Of a DNA stretch of 64,000 bases, positions 57,963 through 64,000 are shown piece after piece. The stretch covers positions 3,200,001 through 3,264,000 of the forward strand of contig CAVYRF010000002.1 in NCBI GenBank assembly GCA_963770895.1. The letters are read 5' to 3'. Under the pieces are notes generated by a model. That model ran no database searches. It had not been told where the DNA came from and worked only from the letters and a program-made list of their open reading frames with translations. This DNA is from an uncultured Acidobacteriota bacterium (GTDB lineage: Bacteria > Acidobacteriota > Thermoanaerobaculia > Multivoradales > UBA5704). The stretch's first letter is position 1. Each line of letters starts with the position of its first letter. The translations under genes were made by a program, and so were the position numbers.

Positions 57963-59141
57963 TCAGCTTTCGGGGGTGATCACCTGCAGGCGCTCGGATG
58001 TGGCGGTGGCGCTGTTGCGGCGCCGGCGCACCAGCTGCCCGGCCATCGCCGTGCGATTGCGCCCGGTCTCCTTGGCGACGTACATCGCCGCGTCGGCCAG
58101 GCGCAGCAGGGTGCTCTTGCTGTCGGTCAGCGAGAGGTCGTCGCTCAGGTGGCGCTTGAGGGTGGCGATGCCGATCGAGCAGGTGACGCCCTTGAGGTGC
58201 AGCGGCTCGGGCTGGATCTCTCCCGGCTTGGCCGAAAAGGTGGTCTCCACCAGGGTGGAGCGGATCTCTTCGGCAAGGTCGATCGCCTGCTCCAGGTCGC
58301 AGCGCGGCAAAAGCAGCACAAATTCATCGCCGCCGTAGCGCGCCGGGAACCCGCCGGTATTGACGACCATGCGACGCAGGATGTGGCCGACTTCGCGCAG
58401 CACCTGGCTGCCGGCCAGGTGGCCGTGGGTGTCGTTGACCCGCTTGAAGTAGTCGAGGTCGAGAAAGAGCAGGGCCAGGTCGCGGTCGTCCTGGCGGCAG
58501 GAGCGGATCGCCTCGGACAGCGCGACGTGCAGGTAGCGGTCGTTGTACAGGCCGGTCAGGTTGTCGCGCTTGGCAATCTCTTGCGCCTGGCGGGCGTCGA
58601 GCACGTTCTGGATCGAGATCGAGATATAGCCGGCGAAGATCTCCAGCAGGTTGCGATCCTCGCGGGTGTACGCCGGCGCGTTGTTGCGGTTGATCAGCTC
58701 CAGCACGCCGCAGACGTCGTGCTCGATGCGGATCGGGATGGCGATCAGCGATTGGGTCTGGTACGACGTCCGGTGGTCGACCTGGCCGTAGAAAAAGCGG
58801 TCGGCGGGGGCGTCGGGGGTGAGGTAGGTTTCGCCGGTCAGGTAGACGCGGCCGGCGATCCCCTGGTCGGCGGGGATGCTTTCGCCCAGCAGGGGCACCG
58901 CCTTGTCGCCGAAGGCGGCAATGAAGGTCAGGACGTTGCGGTGCCGGTCGGCGCGCTTTTCGGCGGGATTGTCGAGCAGGATGGAGCCGGCGGCCGAGGG
59001 GACGAAACTGTTGGCCCGGCGCAGTACTTCCGTCAGGTTCTCCGCCAGGCTCAGCTCGAGCGGGAACGTAGGATGGGCGCGGCGCCGCTCCAGGAACGGC
59101 TCCAGGCGCATCGGGTCGAGACAGTGGAAGCTAACCGTCAA
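57963..59141 (-). CDS. GAF-GGDEF diguanylate cyclase
   Basis: GAF motifs (GIAGRV, GVLELINR), then DNLTGLYN, DLDYFKRVNDTHGH and ARYGGDEF. Start may be ATG 59111. Confidence 0.92.
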   Translation of the reverse strand: MTVSFHCLDPMRLEPFLERRRAHPTFPLELSLAENLTEVLRRANSFVPSAAGSILLDNPAEKRADRHRNVLTFIAAFGDKAVPLLGESIPADQGIAGRVYLTGETYLTPDAPADRFFYGQVDHRTSYQTQSLIAIPIRIEHDVCGVLELINRNNAPAYTREDRNLLEIFAGYISISIQNVLDARQAQEIAKRDNLTGLYNDRYLHVALSEAIRSCRQDDRDLALLFLDLDYFKRVNDTHGHLAGSQVLREVGHILRRMVVNTGGFPARYGGDEFVLLLPRCDLEQAIDLAEEIRSTLVETTFSAKPGEIQPEPLHLKGVTCSIGIATLKRHLSDDLSLTDSKSTLLRLADAAMYVAKETGRNRTAMAGQLVRRRRNSATATSERLQVITPES

Positions 59142-59279
59142 AAGCCCCTCGAAGGACTGGCCATACTCACCATAACAGAAGTTCCGGCGTGCGGGAACGC
59201 CGCCCTGGTCCGTTCTGCGGTAGCGGCTTGTCCTACAAAGAGAAGGTGTGGGCCACCGGCGAAAGGGTGGCGGGGCACT

Positions 59280-61253
59280 TCAGGCATTGCCGGCGCGCAG
59301 GCGGCGCAGCAGCTGGCGGCTCTGCGCCAGCAGCTCGTCGCGCACCGCCGAAGTGGTCGAAAGCTGCGGCGCGTAGCGCAGGTAGTGGAGCTCCTCGACC
59401 AGGCGCACGGTGGCGTCGGCGATTTCGACAGGGGCGCCGTGCGCGGCCAGCCAGGCCCCCCAGCGAGACGGGCTGAGGTCGGGCGGCAGTCCCCAGCGCG
59501 CCGCCAGGTAGGCGCGCCACCCCTCCTCGACCATCGAGGCCGCAAGGCGCGGGTGGTCTTCGTGTGCCGCGTCGCGCAGGTGGCGCGCCAGCAGGTCGGC
59601 GCTGGCCGCCATGGCGGCGGGGGAGGCCGTTGCCGGCGCGGGTAAGCCGCCGCCGGCGGTGCTGCCGGGTGCCGCGGCGGCGGTGTCGGAGCTGCCGGCG
59701 ATCGAAGAGAGCCGGCGCCGGCGCGCCCAGAGCGCCAGGAGCACCAGGCCCCAAGCCGCGGCCAGGCCGATCAGGACGCTCGCCACGCGCAGCGGCGTCG
59801 CCCACGTCGCCTGGATCGCTCGCGTCGCCCGCGGCCAGGTCGCCCACCAGGGTGCCCGCGGGTCGGACGTCGGGAGGCGGCCGGCGCCGGCGGTCTCCGG
59901 GCTGGCTGCCTCCGGGCTGGTGCGACGGCCTGCTCCCGGCCGTCGCGGGGGCGGCGCGACGCCGCGCGCGGTCAGCTCCACCGGCGCCGCCGCGGCCATG
60001 CGGTACTCGCGGTGAGCGGGGTCGAAGTAGAGGATGCCGGTCGGCCGCACGGCATAGCGGCCGGGGCGGGCGGCGACCAGCACGTAGGTCCAGGTGCGGC
60101 GTCCCTGGACGGTGGTGCCGTCCAGATGCTCGTCCGACTGCTGTTGCGGCGGGAAGGCGGTCACCCCCGGCGGCAGCTCCAGGCGCGGCGGCGGCACCCC
60201 TTGGAGGTTGCCGGCGCCGCTCAGGGTGAGGGTGTAGGCGGCCCCTTCGCCAGCCGGCAGGCTGTAGGGTTGCAGCTTCGGAGCCAGGCTGACCTGCCCC
60301 ACCAGGCCGCTGAAGCCGGGCGGCGCGGCAGGCAGCGGCTGCACGTCCACCGCCAGCTCAGGGGTCTTGAGGTGCAGCTCCTCGGGGCGCGACATCGGGC
60401 CGAAGAGGTCGGCGACGGGGGATTCGACCACCACGTCGCACGCCGCGGGCTCCAGGACATGATGGCCGGGGGCGAGGGCGAACAGCGCCTTGCTGAGCAA
60501 CGCCACGCGCCCATAGCGGTCGTTGCCGATGCCCACCATCTGGGGCGTCAGGTGTTCCGGCTGGGGGATGTCGCGCACCCAGAAGCCGCTGAAGTTGGGC
60601 AGCCCGGTGGCATTGATCGCGGCCACGTCCTGGCGGGTGTACAGATACACCGTGTACAGCGCCTGCTCGCCGGCCATCGGGCGCGTCGGCAGCACTTCGG
60701 CGCGCAGGAACGCCGCCGGGCCGCTCGGCACCTGCGGCTGGCGCGCCAGCGGCGAGCGGCCCCTGAACAGCTGGTCGAACAGGTCCGCCGGGCTGCGCGG
60801 GAACGGTGCTCCGGCGCTGGCGCCGCCGCCGGCTGCCGGCGCGGCGCGGCCGGTCGGCTGCTCCTGCACCTGCAGCTCCTGGTCCGGCAGGTGCACGGCG
60901 TCGCCGCGCAGGTTGAGGGTGAGCGCGCGCACGTGCGCCGGGCCGACGGCGAGCGGCCGCAGGCGTAGCGAAAACCGGAAGGAGCGCGACAGGTTGCCGT
61001 TGATGACGTTGATGTCTTCGAACTGCGACGCGCCGCCCAGCATCTCCAGGTTGTCCAGCTTGAACGTCGGTTCGAAGCGCAGGCTCTGCATGCCGCCGCC
61101 CTCGGCTTCGATCGTCAGGGTTGCCGTCTCGTCAAGGCCGACCACCCCCGGATCGAGCGACACGTGCACCTGAAAAGGCGGCGCCGCCGCGGCCAGCGGC
61201 GCGGCCGCCAGCAGCAGCGGCAGCAGCAGCAAGGCCGGTACCGCCGTCCTCAC
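59280..61253 (-). CDS. batD: BatD-family protein
   Basis: Signal peptide, Ig-like repeats, VQPLP...GLVGQ, SGAGNL and YFDP motifs, then a TM. Located in a bat operon. Confidence 0.82.
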   Translation of the reverse strand: MRTAVPALLLLPLLLAAAPLAAAAPPFQVHVSLDPGVVGLDETATLTIEAEGGGMQSLRFEPTFKLDNLEMLGGASQFEDINVINGNLSRSFRFSLRLRPLAVGPAHVRALTLNLRGDAVHLPDQELQVQEQPTGRAAPAAGGGASAGAPFPRSPADLFDQLFRGRSPLARQPQVPSGPAAFLRAEVLPTRPMAGEQALYTVYLYTRQDVAAINATGLPNFSGFWVRDIPQPEHLTPQMVGIGNDRYGRVALLSKALFALAPGHHVLEPAACDVVVESPVADLFGPMSRPEELHLKTPELAVDVQPLPAAPPGFSGLVGQVSLAPKLQPYSLPAGEGAAYTLTLSGAGNLQGVPPPRLELPPGVTAFPPQQQSDEHLDGTTVQGRRTWTYVLVAARPGRYAVRPTGILYFDPAHREYRMAAAAPVELTARGVAPPPRRPGAGRRTSPEAASPETAGAGRLPTSDPRAPWWATWPRATRAIQATWATPLRVASVLIGLAAAWGLVLLALWARRRRLSSIAGSSDTAAAAPGSTAGGGLPAPATASPAAMAASADLLARHLRDAAHEDHPRLAASMVEEGWRAYLAARWGLPPDLSPSRWGAWLAAHGAPVEIADATVRLVEELHYLRYAPQLSTTSAVRDELLAQSRQLLRRLRAGNA

Positions 61254-62245
61254 CAGTCCTCTCCCTTGGCGGCGCGCTGGCGCGCTTCGCGGGCGGCGGC
61301 TTCGCGGCGCTGCTGGCGCTCCAGGTTTTGCACCGCTTCCAGCACGGCCGCCGCCTGGTTGGCGGTCATCTCGGGCTGGTCCTTATAGCCGGGGAGCGGC
61401 TGCTGGCCGTTGAGCGGCGCCGGCTGGCCGTTGGGGCCGGGCCTGCCCTGCGCCCCCGCGTTGCCGCTCTGCGCCTGGCGCTGCGGCGCCTGCTGCTGAT
61501 TGCCGGGCTGAGTGCTGGGCTTGCCGGGCTGCGGATTGGAGCCGGGATTGCCGGGGCCGCCCTGGCCGGCGGTCTGCTGGCGGTCGCCGGCGCGCGGCGT
61601 GCCGCCGCCGCTGCGCGGCCCCGCGGCGCGCCGCTGGTTCTGCTGCTCCCGCTGACACTGCATCGCCAGCTCCAGGTTGAACTTGGCATCGGCGTCGGCC
61701 GGCGCCAGCCGCAACGCCTGCTTGTACGCCTCGATGGCGCCGGCGTATTCGCCGGTGGCAAAGCGGGCGTTGCCCAGGTTGTAGCTGGCGGCGCGCCCCA
61801 GGTCCCGTCCGGCACCCTTGGCGGCCTTTTCGAGCAGCGGCGCCGCCTCTCCCGCCAGCTTGCGGTCGCCGGTCGCGAGCCGCGCGCTGCCGGCGTTGTA
61901 GCTGGTGAGGTTGGACTCCGGCGCCAGCCGCGCCGCGCTGTCGGCGTCCGCCACCGCCGCCTTGCCGTCGCCGTGGCGCAGGGCGTCGATCGCCGCCGCC
62001 GTCCGCTCGCGCGGGTTGTACAGCCAGCGCTCGGCCCACGCCGGCAGCTGTGGGTGCGCCAGCCACATCAGCGACTTGAGCGCCGACCCGGCGTCCGGCA
62101 GCTGCGGCATCGCCAGAGCGGGGAAGCCAACCATCGCCGCGGGCTCCGAGCCCGGCGTCCGCAATGCCGGCGCGGACCCCGCAAGGGCCGCCGTCGCGGG
62201 CACGGCCAGGCACAGCAGTGCCACCGGCACGAAGGTCGCCTTCAT
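61250..62245 (-). CDS. batC: BatC-like TPR protein
   Basis: SYNLGNARF...AIEAYKQALRLAPADADAKFNLELA, Q/P-rich linker, C-terminal ..EDW. Confidence 0.8.
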   Translation of the reverse strand: MKATFVPVALLCLAVPATAALAGSAPALRTPGSEPAAMVGFPALAMPQLPDAGSALKSLMWLAHPQLPAWAERWLYNPRERTAAAIDALRHGDGKAAVADADSAARLAPESNLTSYNAGSARLATGDRKLAGEAAPLLEKAAKGAGRDLGRAASYNLGNARFATGEYAGAIEAYKQALRLAPADADAKFNLELAMQCQREQQNQRRAAGPRSGGGTPRAGDRQQTAGQGGPGNPGSNPQPGKPSTQPGNQQQAPQRQAQSGNAGAQGRPGPNGQPAPLNGQQPLPGYKDQPEMTANQAAAVLEAVQNLERQQRREAAAREARQRAAKGEDW

Positions 62246-63243
62246 GCCGTCCGCCTTTGCTCGGCGACGAAGGGGCCGACCGCCAGCTGCAGGGCGAGCG
62301 CCGCCGCGGCCAGCAGCAGCGGCCACTGGAAGCGCTCTTCGGCGGTGACCACGGTTTCGTTTTCGAGCGTGCGCTTTTCCAGCCGATCGATGTGGCTCAG
62401 GATCGGCGCCGGGTCGGTGGCGGCGCTGGTGACGCGCAGGTAGGTGCCGCCGGTGGCACGGGCGAGCGGTTCCAGGTTCTCTTCGTGCAGGCGGGTGATG
62501 ACCACCTGCCCCTGGTCGTCGCGCTTGTAGTCGCTGCCACCCAACGGGATGGGCGATCCCTGGGGCGTGCCGACGCCCAGCGCGAACACCACGACGCCGC
62601 TGTCCTTGAGCTTGGCGGTGGCGGCATCGAGCGCGCCGCCGTGGTCTTCGCCGTCGGACAGGATGACCAGCGCGCGATGCTTGGCGCTCTGCGGGCCGAA
62701 CAGCTGCAGCGCCGTATCGATGCCGGCGGCCAGCTCGGTGCCCGGCAGCGGCAGCGAGCCCGGCTCGACGGTGTCCAGCAGCAGGTCGAGCACCGCGCCG
62801 TCCAGCGTCAGCGGCGCCAGCATCAAGCCTTCGCCCTCCGACTGCACCAGCGCCACGCGGTCGCCAGGCATCGCCTGGCTCATCCGGCGGATCAGCGTCT
62901 TGGCCGCGAACAGGCGCGACGGCGCAATGTCGGGCGCCGCCATCGACAGCGAAGAGTCGAGCAGGAACACCACGTCGACGCCGCGGCGCTCGACTTTTTC
63001 TTCGGCTCCCCCCCAGCGCGGGCGGCCCAGCGCCAGCGCCATGCCGGCCACCGACAGCCCGATGCAGGCGATGGAGAGCGCCAGGCGAGCCGGGCTGTAG
63101 GCCGGCAGCAGGCGGTCCCAAAGGCCGCGCGCCGCCCACGCTTCGTCCGCCCGCAGCCGCCGGCGCCACAGCGCGGCGGCCGCGACGGCGGCGAGCGGCG
63201 CCAGCGCCAGCAGCCACAGCAGGCGGGGAGCACCAAAGCTCAT
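62242..63243 (-). CDS. batB: BatB-like VWA protein
   Basis: LDSSLSM MIDAS motif, PSRL, PLTLD, LSDGEDH. Confidence 0.85.
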   Translation of the reverse strand: MSFGAPRLLWLLALAPLAAVAAAALWRRRLRADEAWAARGLWDRLLPAYSPARLALSIACIGLSVAGMALALGRPRWGGAEEKVERRGVDVVFLLDSSLSMAAPDIAPSRLFAAKTLIRRMSQAMPGDRVALVQSEGEGLMLAPLTLDGAVLDLLLDTVEPGSLPLPGTELAAGIDTALQLFGPQSAKHRALVILSDGEDHGGALDAATAKLKDSGVVVFALGVGTPQGSPIPLGGSDYKRDDQGQVVITRLHEENLEPLARATGGTYLRVTSAATDPAPILSHIDRLEKRTLENETVVTAEERFQWPLLLAAAALALQLAVGPFVAEQRRTA

Positions 63244-64000
63244 GGCTCGGCCGTCACCTGCAAGCCGGCCACGGCCAGCGGCAGCATCAGCAGCGACAGA
63301 CCGGCGACGGCAAGCGGCGCAAACCCCTCGCGGTAGCGCACGTAGCGCTTCACCTTGAGCGGCGTCTTTTCCAGCCGGTCGATGTCGGCGAAGATGCCTT
63401 CCAGGCTCCGCTGGTCGGTCGCCTTGTAGTAGAGGCCGCCGGTGCGCTGGGCGATCTGGCGCAGCAGCCCTTCGTCCACGGCGACGTTCATCATCTGCCG
63501 CCGGTACTCGATCCTGCCGGTTTCGGGGTTCTGCACCGGCACCGGCACCGGCACCCGGCCGGCGGTGCCCACGCCGACCGCGTACACCTTGAGGCCCAGG
63601 CCCTTGCACATCGCGGCGGCCGAGATCGGATCGATCTCGCCGGCGTTGTTGCCGCCGTCGGTGACCAGCACGATGATGCGCGTCTTGGCCGGGCTGGTGT
63701 GCAGGCGCGCCGCCGCGGCAGCCAGCGCCACGCCGATGGCCGTGCCGTCGGGCAGGCTGTTGAGCGCCACCGAATCGACCAGCAGCCCCAGCATCGCATG
63801 GTCGGTGGTGAGCGGTGCGCGCGTCATCGCCCGGCCCGAAAACACCACCAAACCGATGCGGTCGCCGGTGCGGCCGGCGATGAACTGCTTGACCACCTGC
63901 TTGGCCACCGCCAGCCGGTTCTGCGGCTGAAAATCTTCGGCCGCCATGCTGCCCGAGATGTCCAGCACCAGCTCGATGTCGATCCCCTCGGTCAGGCTCT
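63240..64000 (-). CDS. batA: BatA-like VWA protein; 5' truncated by window edge
   Basis: EGIDIELVLDISGSMAAEDF, DRIGLVVF, DGTAIG, TDGGNN. Confidence 0.88.
   Translation of the reverse strand, partial: SLTEGIDIELVLDISGSMAAEDFQPQNRLAVAKQVVKQFIAGRTGDRIGLVVFSGRAMTRAPLTTDHAMLGLLVDSVALNSLPDGTAIGVALAAAAARLHTSPAKTRIIVLVTDGGNNAGEIDPISAAAMCKGLGLKVYAVGVGTAGRVPVPVPVQNPETGRIEYRRQMMNVAVDEGLLRQIAQRTGGLYYKATDQRSLEGIFADIDRLEKTPLKVKRYVRYREGFAPLAVAGLSLLMLPLAVAGLQVTAEP

Noticed and set aside
1-64000. tRNA, rRNA, CRISPR array, IS/integrase
   Set aside because: None recognised by eye. Nearly all the sequence is accounted for by coding genes, but a covariance-model scan was not possible.

Overview
High-GC (roughly 70% by eye) bacterial chromosomal window with dense coding. 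Gene style (TonB with polyPro/GGVP repeats, DUF4388, TPR-cNMP, bat operon) suggests Acidobacteriota, possibly Thermoanaerobaculia; this is an inference. I saw no rRNA, tRNA, CRISPR array or transposase. The dominant feature is a dispersed phosphate-starvation cluster of about 35 kb: a PafA-type alkaline phosphatase, pstSCAB, two tandem OprP/O-like porins, phoU, phoB-phoR, ppx and ppk1. I found 11-bp-periodic PHO-box-like repeats at six promoters. Two of these promoters drive uncharacterised lipid-enzyme genes: a PlsC-like acyltransferase paired with a FeeM/OlsB-like GNAT, and a PHP-phosphoesterase/GT4 glycosyltransferase fusion. Together they are the best candidate for an undescribed system, a PhoB-controlled phosphorus-free membrane-lipid remodelling pathway. 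Four other regulator/operator modules are visible in the DNA: a WYL (YafY) regulator with a perfect 10-4-10 palindrome, a NarL 7-2-7 site before an RND pump, a ModE box before an unknown outer-membrane protein, and an HTH-citrate-synthase fusion with a palindrome over its own start codon. The flanks carry an HDAC with a GNAT-like tail, a 1,100-aa multi-module outer-membrane protein, a TPR-TonB-ExbB-ExbD-ExbD operon, a GAF-GGDEF protein and batABCD. All product calls come from motif recognition without database searches.
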